Assembly: GCF_004010195.1 (NCBI RefSeq)
Contig: NC_057718.1
Coordinates: 43,337,970-43,401,969, forward strand
Length of the DNA stretch: 64,000 nt
Direction: 5' to 3'
DNA from: Chiloscyllium plagiosum
Lineage: Eukaryota
Shown: piece after piece, positions 1-13,089 of the stretch
How the letters are laid out: each line of letters starts with the position of its first letter
Numbering within the stretch: position 1 is the first letter of the stretch
Program-made: the position numbers and the translations under genes
Notes under the pieces: generated by a model
What the model was told of the DNA's origin: nothing
What the model saw: the letters and a program-made list of their open reading frames with translations, nothing else
The model's database searches: none

Positions 1-467
1 TACGGAATGCTGATAGGGGAGGGGAGGGAAATATATTCTTGGTGCTGGGGTCTGTTTGGAGGTGGCGGAAGTGACGGCGGATGATGCGCTGTACATGGAG
101 ATTGGTGGGGTGGTAGGTGAGGACCAGTGGGGTTCTGTCCTGGTGGCGGTTGGAGGGGCGGGGCTCAAGGGCGGAGGAGCGGGAAGTGGAGGAGATGCGG
201 TGGAGGGCACCGTCGACCACGTCGGGGGGGAAATTGCGGTCCTTGAAGAAGGAGGCCATCTGTGTTGTACGTATTTTGAACTGGTCCTCCTGGCAGCAGA
301 TGCGGCGGAGACGAAGGAATTGGGAGAATGGGATGGCGTTTTTACAGGGGGCAGGATTGGAGGAGGTGTAGTCCAGGTAGCTGTGGGAGTCGGTTGGTTT
401 GTAGTAGATGTCCGTGTTGATTCGGTCGCCTGAGATAGAAACAGAAAGGTCTAGGAAGGGGAGGAAG
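1..467 (-). mobile_element. Penelope-like element (PLE), reverse-transcriptase C-terminal/thumb region, running off the window start
   Basis: The minus strand translates openly as LPFLDLSVSISGDRINTDIYYKPTDSHSYLDYTSSNPAPCKNAIPFSQFLRLRRICCQEDQF...RTPLVLTYHP...IFPSPPLSAFR, carrying the PLE RT motifs FLD, YxKPTD and IPxSQFLRLRRIC. Confidence 0.9.
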
Positions 468-563
468 GCTCCCTTGGGGCCTTGGATGGTGTTGAGGGAT
501 GAAGTGTGAGTGCAGGTTTTGCAATTCCTGCATTGGCAGGTGAGGGTGCCAGGACAGGAGGCA
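468..563 (-). mobile_element. PLE fragment, Cys-rich linker preceding GIY-YIG
   Basis: The minus strand gives SCPGTLTCQCRNCKTCTHTSSLNTIQGPKGA, nearly the same as the 52762+ and 56188- ORFs. Confidence 0.8.
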
Positions 564-569
564 GTACAA

Positions 570-2350
570 ACCATTCACACAGTGGAACAATCCATCTTGC
601 TCTCTGATACCCATAGTTTGTCTTAGCACAGTCATGCAGATTACCTCAAAGTGACAGACACTAATATAGTTGATTGGACAATGGAGTTTTGACAATGAAA
701 GTGATATCTGACCAAACGTTAACCAGACAAATGGTTTTGCATGTGAAACTACAAAGACTTGCTCTTCATTTTGTATTATTCTTATGGGCTGGCAGCTGTT
801 TCCTGGCTATGACTAATATCTTTTCAGTTTTGGAGCCTGTGAGGGTCCCATATGAGATTGTCCAAACTGCACTTGTACAGGAGCAAATAAAGTTGTCAGC
901 ACAAGAGGCAGTATGTGAGATTCTTACCAAGGAAGGGCCAACAATGGAGGAGTGAAGGGGAGGTTTTTCAGAGTCCTCACTTTCATGCCCACTTGTATTA
1001 TTTTCAATCTTATGGCTAGCCCAAGCCCTGGAGAACATTTTATTGAGGTGCTGAATAACTGGGGTGAGTTTTCCTCCAGTCCTGTATGCAGTGTCAAACT
1101 GAATGAGCCTGATCAGGGCAAGCATGCACCATTTCACCATTATCTGATACCCCATGCAGGTGACCGCTCCTGTCGTGTAGCAGTTTTGAGTGCAAAGACC
1201 AGAGAAATCATGGCTCTCATGCTGGAAACAGACTTGCAGTTTCTTTCTCATGGGGTGTGGAGTGTCTCTGGGAATGTCAACAAAACTGCACACATCTGCT
1301 TCAGAATACTCCTGTCAGTCAATGTCCATGAGTCTCAGCAATTGCAGCAAGTTCAGCAAATTTAGGAGGGCCCTGTGCCTGCTGACTTGGACTCTACACT
1401 AGTATCCCTGCCTTCAGTATCTGCTCCTGTTAATTTGTGAAAATACAACTACCCGTCTGATAGACTCCACACAGATTTGTGTATCTAAGTTGGAGGAAAA
1501 TGCCCATGTGTCATGTGACAGGCCTCCTCGCTTTCCATGGGAAATGAATTAAAAGTAACAAAGTGAATATCTGCAAGCCTAATTGTACAGATGGTCACTT
1601 GTGTGCTGACATCAAGATATGAGTGAGTGTTGTGTGCTATGTAGGTCACATGTTACCTAATTCTGTTACCAGTATGGCATGTTGTCCTGGCAACAGGGCT
1701 GGGTTGGTGGGGTCTTCATAAATTGTGGGCTATGATCACATTCTCCCATTCCAATTGGTTGGAAACCCTGGAAGCTGTCCACTCACATAAAGAAACCGCA
1801 CCACAAATTTGCAGGTTCCATATCCGCTGTAGGTCATGAACGGGTTTAAATATATCTGATCAATGACTTTTCATGAGAACTGATAAAAACTTTGGAATGC
1901 AAGAAACTTTGTGCTACAGAGGCAAGAAAAGTGGTAGGAAAGGGATGCCCAGGGAAGACCAAAATGACAAGTTTGGATATGGTGGAAGGAGAAACACATT
2001 GGTAAGTCTGACTCATTGTATAACTCATTGTGTGAGAGTCTTTGTGCAGAATTTTGTATCTAGTGAGGAACTTGTGAAAAGAACAGATATACTCTCCTAG
2101 TTTCCACACCCTTGTCAATTTGCTTTACATTCTTCCCAACAGTGCTAGCAGAACAGTCCACAAGGAACTCCATCCCAGCTCTGATCTGACTTCGACAAAT
2201 GCCATCTCCCCCAGAGCCAGGCAAAGTTTCTCAGGAATCTCAAAGCCTTTTTCCTGCATCATCTCTCCAGCTATATACCAAACTGTCTTATAACTCTTTT
2301 CTGTACTCACTTTTGTGTGGCATTGACAGTGATCTGTAGTTCATCAAATC
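570..2350 (-). mobile_element. Highly degenerate LTR-retroelement pol relic with RNase H-like motifs
   Basis: On the minus strand near 1470-1330 there is a degraded VYxDGSC-like stretch followed by FAELAAIAE, resembling RNase H motifs. There are many stops and the boundaries are approximate. Confidence 0.35.
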
Positions 2351-2499
2351 TGAGACCCTAATTGTTGTTTTTCTACCTAGTTTTTAAAATCCTGACGCAG
2401 GACTATACCTGCCTTTGCTATCAATGTCACTGATACCAACATGGCCCATGACTTCTGATTGCCCAGGTTGAACGGATAAACTGGATGAGGATAAAACAA

Positions 2500-2850
2500 C
2501 AGGCTTGAAACAGAAAAGTAGATATCAGGAGAGCGTTTGCAAAGAAAATTCAAGACAGCGAAAGTCAGAATTAGCAATGATGACGCAATGAAAATTAGGA
2601 ATTTGCACAGTGCAGAAATGGAGGAAATAGACATTTCATAGGGTTGTGGTCCTAGAGGTGGCAACAGAGAAAGAGAGAGGCTGAGGACGAGGATGCTTTT
2701 GAAAACAAGGACATGAATTTAAAAATCTAGGCACACCAGAACAGGAACAAATATAATTCAACAAGTGCTGGGGAGAAGAATGAGCAAGATTTGCTGTGAA
2801 TTTGATCATGGGGAGCAGAGTTTTGGATGACTTTATGTTTACAAAGTGTA
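2500..2850 (-). mobile_element. L2-type LINE fragment
   Basis: The sequence (...gagcaagatttgctgtgaatttgatcatggggagcagagttttggatgact...) resembles the reverse strand of the 3' ORF2 region of shark L2 LINEs; degenerate. Confidence 0.55.
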
Positions 2851-4461
2851 CAGTTTTCATAACATGACTTAAATGATGAAGAAGAAACAAAAAAATTAAA
2901 GTGAGCTGGTTTTGCCCAATATATATTGGTCATATTCTGTGAATAGCTCTTCCCGAAGGTGAGAGAAATTGGAAGAGATTTGAAAGAATAAAAGCATAAC
3001 TATAATGGAATTTTATCGTGAAAGATTCCACCCCCTTCCCACCAGTGAAGAACAATAATCATTCAATTCTGATCTTATATGATCTGTAGGTCAGATAGGA
3101 TAATATGAATTTGCTGATATTAATTGATAACTAGGATAAAGCAAAGCCAGTGAAAGCAAAATCCCTCCTTCTGTAGGTCAGATGAGCTACACAGCCAGAA
3201 GCAAGATAATTCTTCTAAGAAAATGAACGATAACAACAAGAACTGTGATTACTGTTATCCGAGTAAGTTGATATGCACTTTATATCTGGATGTCAGTGAA
3301 AAGGAACTTTTCCAGAATATTGAGCCCAAAGTATTCCTGGAAATATCCCAAATGGTTGAGAAGCTACAGATTTCTTTGATTATGTTGTACCAGTTTTTGG
3401 TGGGGTTACTTGTTATCTAGCAATTATGCCTTATTACTTTCTAAGAAATGCAAGAACTATGTCTTTTTATTCCATGTTTTAAAAGATGTGGACTAAAATG
3501 AGGAAGAACTGTTTTACAAAATAATATTTGAAAGAGTGGCTGCAGTTTTGGGAAGTAAATAACCAAACACACAAACATTGTAAACAATCATTTGAACAAT
3601 CAGTAATTGGTGTTAGAGTTACAGATGTTTTGGAGCTGAGTTGGGTGTATGATTGCAGTTCTTACTGGCAACAAGATGTTCATCGGTCTGTGGACTAATG
3701 ATCAGCTATTGACGACAGAGACCCTTTTGCCTACCAACAACTGTGTGATTGGTTCTCAGGTAACTGAATAGCCTAGAGCTAGGAATAAATTACAAAGAGA
3801 GAAGAAGTGTTCAGTTTTACAGCAGCTCAGGAGTGGTCGCTATATTCTCTGCAGTCAAACTTGAAGCCAACCTGAAGAAAACAGGTTAATCTTTCATGTA
3901 GCAGTTGTGTTAACTGGGACTTTTAACTGATAATTTGGAGACTTTGTATCTGGGAATGAGCCATCTTCTGTCTCATTCCAACCAGTGGAGCATCTGGAGG
4001 AAGACCATTGAAGCTGACCACCAGAAGAGTCATAAAGATCAAACATTTTCAGTTTCTCAGTCATGTCACTGAAGTATTACTGCTCACTTCACACTGTCTC
4101 TGACACTGACTGGTCCCTTTTAGAAGAAAGAGGATTAGACATTTTCATAAATCCTGTGAATTTGTGACTTTCTCTGTGACAATGTTACACAGCCCTCTTC
4201 TGTAAACATAAATGATTTCAATGGATTTTTTCATGTGTTTGGATTCTGAGATGAGTCTGCAAAGCCCAATGAAGTCTTCTAAAGATTTTCTCTTGACTGG
4301 TTTGTTTACACCATTTGTTTCTGGATCAGTGATTGGACAGCATTTGCTCTGGACCAGTTGTTAACTAGGGCATTGTTGATCCCTGCTAACTATTGTGATG
4401 AAGTTGTGGTTGAGTCATGTGTACAGGCTCAACATGAAGTTCGTTGTTTCCAAACAATGTA

Positions 4462-5108
4462 CAGAGGAACCTCGATTACCCGAACAAGATGGGCGGGCAC
4501 TATTTCGTTTGGATAATTGATTATTCAGTTAATTTATTTCCTCTGGGGCTCGCAGTTTTCAGTGAAGTCCGCTCCTGCGAGCCGCCCCCTGTCCACACCC
4601 CTGCCTGACCTGCCCTCAGGTGGCCAGACTGGACACCAATAGTAAGACTGCTGTTGCCTTTGTGGGGTAAGTCTCCAAATAGCAGGCATACATGCGCACA
4701 GAGCCTGTTACTGCAGGTTTTTGACAGGTTCCACCTCTGCTCTGTACAGAACAATGTTGGAGAGATTATCTGAGGAAGGGAGGGGTTTAGGGTACATGCC
4801 TATGTTGAACACCAGGGAAAGTGTGGGGGGAGAGAGAGAGGGCGGGAAGTCAGTCATTTGGAGACAGTGCCCATGGACGGGTTGGACCGAAGGGTCTGTT
4901 TCCATGCTGTACATCTCTATGACTCTATGACTGTTCTCGGCAGCATTTCAGTGAGCCGAGTTTGTTTTTAATCATTGTACCTGTAAACAAAAGACGCGAT
5001 CAGGGTTGAAACAGCTCTTTGACGTAATGTTTCTATTGGGCCCTTGAGCACCCCTTCAGATCATCCGATATTTGGATAATTGAATTTCGGATAATCGAGG
5101 TTCCTCTG
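4462..5108. mobile_element. Tc1/mariner (Tigger/pogo-like) non-autonomous element (MITE)
   Basis: Terminal inverted repeats CAGAGGAACCTCGATTAcCCGAA / TTCGGATAATCGAGGTTCCTCTG, flanked by TA at 4460-4461 and 5109-5110. Confidence 0.9.
4873..4932 (+). mobile_element. HER1/CR1 LINE 3' tail inserted in the MITE
   Basis: atggacgggttggaccgaagggtctgtttccatgctgtacatctctatgactctatgact; the same tail occurs at 40580-40638 (+) and 31677-31740 (-). Confidence 0.85.
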
Positions 5109-7349
5109 TATACATGTTAAACTCTTATGTGCGCTGTCTTGTAGTGTAACTATGCTTCTGACAATTATTCTGTCATAACATTCCAGCATTATATATTTTT
5201 CCATTTCTTCCCAAGGTGCTGATTAGTTTTTTAACCATAAAAATTTAAATTTGAATCATTTCAATAAGGCTTTCAATTTGTTGTTCTTTAAGCTTGTATT
5301 CTTGGAATTATCAACACTAAATTGAATGACTAGAACTTGCTTGACTCTATATCACGGCAATATGGTAGTATTTCCTTTGGTCTTTTCAAATCTCTGTTTC
5401 CATAATATTGTTTTGAATTCTTTAAAAAATCTTTATGTCTATTTCTGATTGTTCTATCATAATTTACTGTTTCCAAGCTTTTAGAATTTGTTTCTTTGTA
5501 ATCCTGTACCTCTGTAACACTTACTGGGCTTTCCTGCCATTTTCAGGGTAACTGGTGGCTCCCTTGTGGCTGTGGTGACTATTCACTCCTTTTAGAATTT
5601 TCCACCTTACAAAGTCAAATGGAGATTTTTCATTTCTTTCCACACAAAATAGACTTTTACCCAGCTTCATGGTCTAAAACACCAAAATGTCTCTTCTATA
5701 TAAATGTTTAGATCAAGATCTCCATTGCAGCCTTTATAAATCTTTCCACCAGAATCCACGGCCTAATCACTCAATGCTGTTTTTCAAATGTTTAATTTTA
5801 CCTAGGCTTTTCTCATTGGCAAGGCTAAATTCCCTTGTTTTCAACTTAAATAAAGTCTGAGGTTTCCTGATTCTGTAGCCCTAGGCTAGTGTTTTATTCT
5901 GGTTCTTTCAGTGATCATTGCAGCTCTGCCCCACAGAGCCTAATGCCAATAATGATCGCAGAGAGAGATGAGAACTGTATTTTACAGTGCCTTGCTTTTC
6001 CCGTTTCGGTCTTTGTAATTTTACTTTAGAAAGTTATTCCAGTTTCCCTGAGGGAATCACTAAATTTACTTCCTGAAGCCTTCACATGCTCCTGACAGAG
6101 TTCCTTCACTAAGCCCTCTGTGTTTTCTCAATATGGTGACTTTGCTTTCTTTTCTGAGCCCATACTCTTGCTGTACTTGTTCATTCGCTTGAAGTTTTTT
6201 TTATCTTTTCATGATACATGTGGGATTTTCCACCTCTATCTAGTTTGTGATACAAGATAAGGACTGTTTGTTGGAGTTAGCTACCCCAATCCTCCTTTGT
6301 CTGCTCTTTGTCTTGAACCTATATCATGAGTAGTGGTAGAGAATGTACCAATATTGAGTAATTGTAGAAGAGGCACTTTTACTAGATGACAAGAAAGTTC
6401 ATTGCACGATAGCAACAAGTACAATTACATTTGGTCAGGAATAATTACTGAAACCATTGTGAGCTGGTACAGCAGTCCAAACATTGAGTAGAACAATCCA
6501 TTTGCAACTGAGACTGTGTGTGACATCAGTAGAATTGGTGAAGCCAATGCAACATGACCATCAACTCCTTCAGAAACATTGCCTTATACAACACTCAGGT
6601 AGAGGGAGAAGTAGGAGGAACGGGGAGAGACACTATAGACGACAGGTAAAATATTACAAGAGGTGTCAGAACAGAAAACTGCAGATGCACAAGTCTGAAG
6701 AGTGTAGGGAAGAGAAGGTTTGTGGTTCCTTGTCTTTAGAACCATAGCGTATGAAAGCAAGGAAATTATACCAAAATTTATAATCACTGGTTAAGTTTCA
6801 GTTGAAATGTTATGGTCAATTATGGGGATTGCAATTTGGGAAAAATGACCAGGCCTTAAAGAGTTTGCAGAGGCAACTTGCTAGCACGAAATCCATGATA
6901 ACTAACTGTCAACACACAGTAAATTACATTTATAAATTTCAACTATTACAATATGATCAAATTTATCTTATATCCTTAATAATTGAGTGCAAAAAACTCT
7001 GTTACACATATCCTAACTCTTAGCAGGTCCTGATCATCTGTAACCCTATACTTGCTGACGGACATGGGCATTGCATTTATTATACAACAAAGTGCTTTGT
7101 TCCCAGAATACTAAAGTTGAACATTTTGTGTAATTGGGAAATTTAGTGCAGAGGAGGAAGGAAATGTTTGTTTTTATTCTTTACTTTTACCCCCAGAACA
7201 TTGGTGAGTGTTATTTTATTGTCGCTAAGCTGGAAAAGTGTAACATGCTGTTGCTTTCCTGGCTAATTTAATAACTACAAAAGTAAATTAATTCAACCAA
7301 AATAATTCAGTCAAAATTAATTAACTAAGCAATAAATAAATAGTTGTAC

Positions 7350-7620
7350 AGATATGACAGGACAGATGGTGTGCCATAACTGCAACATGTAGGAGTTTGA
7401 GAGTGCATTATGATCCTGGATGTCCACCCTTGCAGTAAGTTTTTGCAGCTCAGGGAAAGTTTGGCTCAGAGTTGTTGACTTGGATTTCAGTCTGCAGACA
7501 TCGTGGGGCATTAGTGAGGAGGAGAAATACCTGGCCACTTTGGACAATATTTTTTCTGAGCTGGCAGGGGTCCCTGTACCAAGGCCAAATGTTCAGGGGG
7601 TGGTGACTCAGAATTGGTAG
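7350..7620 (+). mobile_element. CR1 LINE ORF1 N-terminal fragment
   Basis: MTGQMVCHNCNM...LRVVDLDFSLQTSWGISEEEKYLATL resembles the CR1 ORF1 zinc-finger/leucine-zipper start. Confidence 0.6.
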
Positions 7621-8229
7621 GCAGTAGGACCTGGGATTGCATTTTAACTGTGTTTGGCAATAATGTGCCACTGCTAGAGCAGCCATTCCTATTAAGACCT
7701 TATATTTGGCAGTGAATGTTGCTGGGATTTCATCTGACAGGATGCTTTGATGGATGAGTGCCAAAGCGTAAGTTAAGTGGCATCTGAGGGCACCATGCTA
7801 GTTAGGCAGACCTAATAAAGAGGGGATGGCTGTGGTGTCACAGGGACAGTAATTGCTCTCCATGAGTCAAGGAATGCTCAAACATGAGAACCCAACTTGA
7901 AGCTTGAGTGAAGGCTTGGCAGTGTCCCCACTTTGGAGACTCATCCATTGATAAAATACCAAATGACACAGGAAGAGGCCCTTATTTGGCCACTGAAAGC
8001 TTTAGGTAGGCAGACTGTCTGTCTCCTTTCCTACTTCAGGCAAAATGGCATGATGACTTAAAGATTAGGGGCATGCTACCCAATTCCATGTAGTTCACCA
8101 GTCTTTTTGTCTTTCAGCCCATTTCCAAAGCCCCTTGAAAATTTGAAGTTTTATTCCAGGATCATGCAGCTTCATACCTCATTAGGACTTTGGTCCAATC
8201 ATGAATAAGATATTTGAATTCCAGAGGTA

Positions 8230-8700
8230 AGGTGAAAATGGCTGTAGTTTACATCAAAGATGCATTTGACCGAGTGTGACATCAAGGAGATCCTACAAAA
8301 TTTAAGTCAATGGAAATCAGAGTCAAAAGTCTTCACTGGTTGGAATCTTGCTTCCCACTCTTGTGGTTGTGAGAGCCAGAGACATTTCTGCAAAAAGTTC
8401 TCAGGATAGTTGCCTAGGCCCAATCACTTTCAGCTATTTCATTAATATCCTTTAATCCTTGCTTCTCCATTACATTGTTAGAAGTGTGGATGTTCATTAA
8501 TGATTGCACAATGGTCAGTATCATTCACAGCTTTCAGATACTGAAGGAGTCCATCCCCACATGCTTCAAGACCCAGAGAAAATTCATTCTTGGCCTGATA
8601 AGTGACAAGTAACATTCGTGCAATTCAAACCTAGCTCTAATAAGAGAGAATGCAATCATTTCTTTTTTATATCAACCCCATAACCATTGCTTAATTCCCA
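8230..8700 (+). mobile_element. CR1-clade LINE RT fragment
   Basis: Degenerate motifs IKDAFDRV, QDSCLGPITFSYFIN (PQGSVLGP-like) and MFINDC (FADD-like). Confidence 0.75.
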
Positions 8701-8794
8701 ACACCTTTTCTCCCATGGCTGGGGTAAATGTCAGGAATCACAGAGTGCAGTTCCAGACTAACACTATTATCAGAGTATTGCTGACGAGATAGCT

Positions 8795-9060
8795 ATTTAT
8801 TGTCCATCTGTAGTTGCCCTAAAAAAATTATGTTACTAGTCATTGGTCATGTATAAGTCAGATGGCTAGTTTTATCTCCTGAAGGATTTGAATAGTCTAG
8901 ATCCTTGTTTTAAAAAGAATCTAAAAGTTTCATGATCACTTCCACTTTGTTTCCACCTTTTTTGTTCCAAACTGAATTCTGACCCTTTTATTGCCCAGGT
9001 GGGATTTGAACTCAAAACTGTCTGGTTATTTGTTAATCCTCTGGATTAACAGTGCACTAA
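8795..9060 (-). mobile_element. Old tRNA-derived SINE (SacSINE1/DeuSINE-like) remnant
   Basis: gtgggatttgaactc is the reverse of a B-box (GAGTTCAAATCCCAC); the flanks resemble shark SINE heads. Confidence 0.45.
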
Positions 9061-9476
9061 AAAAATGATTTGCCTGTGGTGCTCTTTAAGAATATTACCT
9101 GAACTAACTATTGAAAAATGAGCTTGTATCTGATACCAGGAAGAAATTTATTGTGCAAAGGATGCAAAACATCTAAAATGGATTGCCAAAGGAAATGGTT
9201 TTCCAATGGCAAACATTTAGGACATATTCCCAATCATTTGTGTCGAGGTTGGCAGAGTTAGATGTACAAGCTTTGGCAGACTCAGCCTTAGTCTTCATGA
9301 CTTGAAAGTTCTAATTTCAGACTAGTGCAACGTGGATTTGCTAGACTATTAGTAACCTATGTTAACAGCCATTCCACAATATGGAAATGTCATAACAGAC
9401 TCATCTGAAGTTTTGTATGTGCAATATTCACACTCTCATTATTCAAACAAAATGTTTCAATGCAGTTTCAAACATA

Positions 9477-9780
9477 AAGGGCTGAATCTTACTTATGTTT
9501 TGGCTGATTGCCATTTTCATTGAGTTTCTTGAAGGGTTTCTCACTACAAAGTCTAGCTAAATCTCATGCTATATTTGACCAAGCTCACCTCACTAACAAC
9601 CTACCCTGCCCTTAAAGTGCACCTCTCGTCTGATTCTAGCCCCTTCTTACTACATGCTATTGCTGAACAACTCACCTCTACTGGATATCAGAATTGACCA
9701 ACATCCCTTGTGCTCACACCGCCTTTAAAAGCCCTTGTGTACTAGTTGCACATTCACCCACATGAGGAAATGTCTTTGCC
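9477..9780 (+). mobile_element. Non-autonomous DNA transposon end, probably Harbinger-related
   Basis: Begins gggctgaatcttac and aligns by eye with 21557-21700 (gctgaatctta...ttttggct...cattgag...gtttctca...gtctagc). Confidence 0.45.
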
Positions 9781-9920
9781 ATGTCCATGTTATCAAGACT
9801 ATTCAGAGTCTTACTCACTTCAATGAAGTCATCCCTCACTTTCTAAGTTCCAATGAAAACAAGCACAGCTTTATTTTCTGACTGCCCTATCCTCATAAGA
9901 AAACTCATTTTTTCTAGGTT

Positions 9921-10060
9921 AAAAACAGAAATTGCTAGAGAAACTCAGCAAATCTGGCAACATCTGTGGAGAGAAAGTAGAGTTAACATTTTGGGTCCAG
10001 TGACTCTACTTTAGCCTGATCTGATGAAGGATCATTGGAGATGAAACATTGAGTGTTTTT
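9921..10060. mobile_element. Old PLE terminal-repeat fragment in fold-back arrangement
   Basis: A minus-strand pLTR end (ctcagcaaatctggcaacatctgtggagagaaag...aacattttgggtccagtgac) is followed by a plus-strand degenerate ctgatga...gaaa. Confidence 0.55.
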
Positions 10061-10266
10061 TTTTTGGTCCTGCCATGGCTCTGATACACCAGATGTGACG
10101 GTGAGCTTTGCCTGAGCTGGTGCCCTTGATTCCCATGGTGTGGCTGCTGCCCCTGAGCTTTGCCATTGTTCCTGGTCCGCCTGTATATGCCTTTGCCTTC
10201 TTACATCCACGGTGACTAACATCCCACTCACTGCAGGGTATGTCACTCTTGTTGGCAACAATTTGT

Positions 10267-10582
10267 GGGCGGCACGGTGGCCCAATGGTTAGCACTGCTG
10301 CCTCACAGCGCTAGAGACCTGGGTTCAATTCCCGCCTCAGGCGACGGCGTGTGGAGTTTGCATGTTCTCTCCCTTGTCTGCGTGGGTTTCTTCCGGGTGC
10401 TCCGGTTTCCTCCCACAGTCCAAAGATGTGCAGGTCAGGTGAATTGGCCATACTAAATTGCCCGTAGTGTTAGGTAAGGGGTAAATGTAGGGGTATGGGT
10501 GGGTTGCGCTTCGGCGAGTCGGTGTGGACTTGTTGGGCCGAAGGGCCTGTTTCCGCACTGTAATGTAATCTAATCTAATCTA
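10267..10582 (+). mobile_element. HE1-type tRNA-derived SINE, full length
   Basis: A-box tggcccaatgg, B-box ggttcaattccc, V-SINE-like core gtgtggagtttgcatgttctc, HER1-like 3' end and (TAATC)n tail; near-identical to 11938-12256. Confidence 0.92.
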
Positions 10583-11937
10583 CATTGGGCATATAAGAAG
10601 GGAAACGTTGTTAGCTCTGAGAACAATCAGTGACGGTATGTTCTGCAGATGAGGGCTCTACACAATGAGACATCAGAACTCTGAAAACAAGGCCCATGCC
10701 GCCATCATTCATTCAGGTTCAGCCTCAGCAAGTGCACCAAACTAGTGAAGCTGAATGACCAACATGTTATATTATAATGGAGTATTCTACGAGAGTAATT
10801 CTTGTTACTATTCCCTATACGCTGATTAATACTTACAGTTTTGTGAGTGGCAGAAGGAGTTGCACACAATTATAACCATCACATATACAGTCTGAATATA
10901 ACTGCTGTAGATTAGTATTCCATTGGTACTGCTCTATATCCCAGGATGTTATTAGTTTATTTAGTTAGCTCACCACTGTCTAGACAGTGACAGCAATGAC
11001 TATTATAGCAAACCCAATTCAATTCATTTTGTACTTAGTTTGAATAATATTTTGCTTAGTGGTCAACACTTTCATCTGCCTTCTGTGAATTTTTTTCTGC
11101 AAAGCTTTAGGTTTATTTGCAAATTTGACAATAATGCAGTTGGGTTTCAAAATCCATCTTAGATAAAAGAGAACAAAGAAGTTCAAGCATGATCTCAAAG
11201 TTACCCCAACCAACACCTCCCCACAGCACAGAAAGTGACCAGTCAGCTGCTTATGCTCGCTCTCTAACTGTCGCTATCCATTCTAATTGCATTTCCTTGC
11301 TCTGTCTTTAAGTTCTTTTATACTTTTTTTCTTTTGACCGACTTATCCAATTTAATTTTAAATTATATTATTAGGACTTCTGTCTCTGCATACACTTGTG
11401 CTACAGACTTCATTTTCCAATAGCCCTTTGAAGAAAACTTCTAACTTCCCCTTTATTTTTCTAGTAAAAACCTAACATTATGGATTCGGCCAAAAGAATA
11501 TTTCACTTCTTTAATGCAAAACATTTCATAATTTTGAAAATTATTGTGCAAGCTTTTCTTAAGATTTTGCTTCATCATTATGAATCCTATTTCTTGGGGT
11601 AATTCCAATGAATCTTCACTATAGTCTTTCCATGATACTAATATTTCTATACTGGGATACGTAAGACTGCAAACAACAATCCAAATATGGTCTACCCAGT
11701 GTTAGAATGTATTTGACAGGCAGTGTAAAATGGAACTGGAATCAAGGAGATTCATAAAGCAAGAGGGCCATGGGCCAAATTTTCAATAATAAATTTTAGA
11801 GGGAAATTCATGAATACAGTAGATCTTTCTCCACATAAATGGTTTCACATGCGCTATTTTTGGCCTCGAGAGGTGGGAATGGAAATGACTGGGGCCCTCT
11901 GACCTGGGAAGCAATTTTGTTGCGACTATTTTGTTGT

Positions 11938-12256
11938 GGGTGGCACGGTGGCACAGTGGTTAGCACTGCTGCCTCACAGCGCTAGAGACCTGGATTCAAT
12001 TCCCGCCTCAGGCGACTGACTGTGTGGAGTTTGCACATTCTCCCCGTGTCTGCGTGGGTTTCCTCCGGGTGCTCCGGTTTCCTCCCACAGTCCAAAGATG
12101 TGCAGGTTAGGTGAATTGGCCATGCTAAATTGCCCATAGTGTTAGGTAAGGGGTAAATGTAGGGGTATGGGTGGGTTGCGCTTCAGCGGGTCGGGGTGAC
12201 TTGTTGGGCCGAAGGGCCTGTTTCCACACTGTAATGTAATCTAATCTAATCTAATC
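11938..12256 (+). mobile_element. HE1-type SINE, full length
   Basis: Same architecture as 10267-10582, ending in taatctaatctaatctaatc. Confidence 0.92.
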
Positions 12257-13089
12257 ATGGAGGTGGGTGAGTACCAGGCCAGGGTGATTAGTAGGCCTTC
12301 CTCAGTTCTCTTGCATTTCCTTTCAGTGGTATAAGGTCTGTTAGATGCTTTACCCCTCACTGTACAGATGCCCTCATTTCCACCCATTCCTATGTGTCCG
12401 TGCCATCTCCATGAATCCTTGCCAACTCCATTCCCACTCATTCAGATGCATTATGTACAGAACCGATGATTCATACGATAACAATGGCAAGTCTTAAAAT
12501 GCTCATTTAGAAGCTTGGTTTGAAAAAACGCTGCTTTTATAACTTTAAGGAACTGTCAGTGAGCCATTGTCATAGTTTCAATAAGGCAAACTTTATCCGG
12601 CTTCACATTTCTTAATCTTGACCAAATAAAAATCCAGGCATTGAAAAGCAGGTCAAAGAAAAAATAACCTATTACAACTTCATAAAGATATTAATCAACC
12701 AAAACCAATACTCCACCTCATCCATGAATGGATTTGGAGTACAGTCAAACATTCATAATGAGACCATTTACTAACTATATCAAATTAAACAGGTGACCTA
12801 ATAGGTTTCTATAGATGAATCTCCTCATAAATGTTTGGCCGAGCTCCAAACTCATGAATAAATTAGTTCACCAGGGGTCTGTGTGATCAGTTTGAAGGAC
12901 CACACATCCATGTCAGGACATTGTGTCCCTCTAGAGATCATGTGACCAAAATTGGATCTTCAGTTCTCCCTCACCATTTCTTCACAGAAGGTTGTGCTCA
13001 CTGGTAAGGGGAAAGGAAGGTGATCCCTCAATAGTTGGAGAAACCTGACTTACCTACTTTGTTTTTGTAAAAGGTCATGATGATAACTT

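Noticed and set aside
56..433. 125-aa + strand ORF (and 56284-56841 +)
   Set aside because: These are antisense frames of the PLE RT and GIY-YIG regions.
10267..10340. tRNA-like sequence (also at 11938 and 50878)
   Set aside because: It continues into a SINE core and LINE-derived tail, so it is a SINE head and not a tRNA gene.
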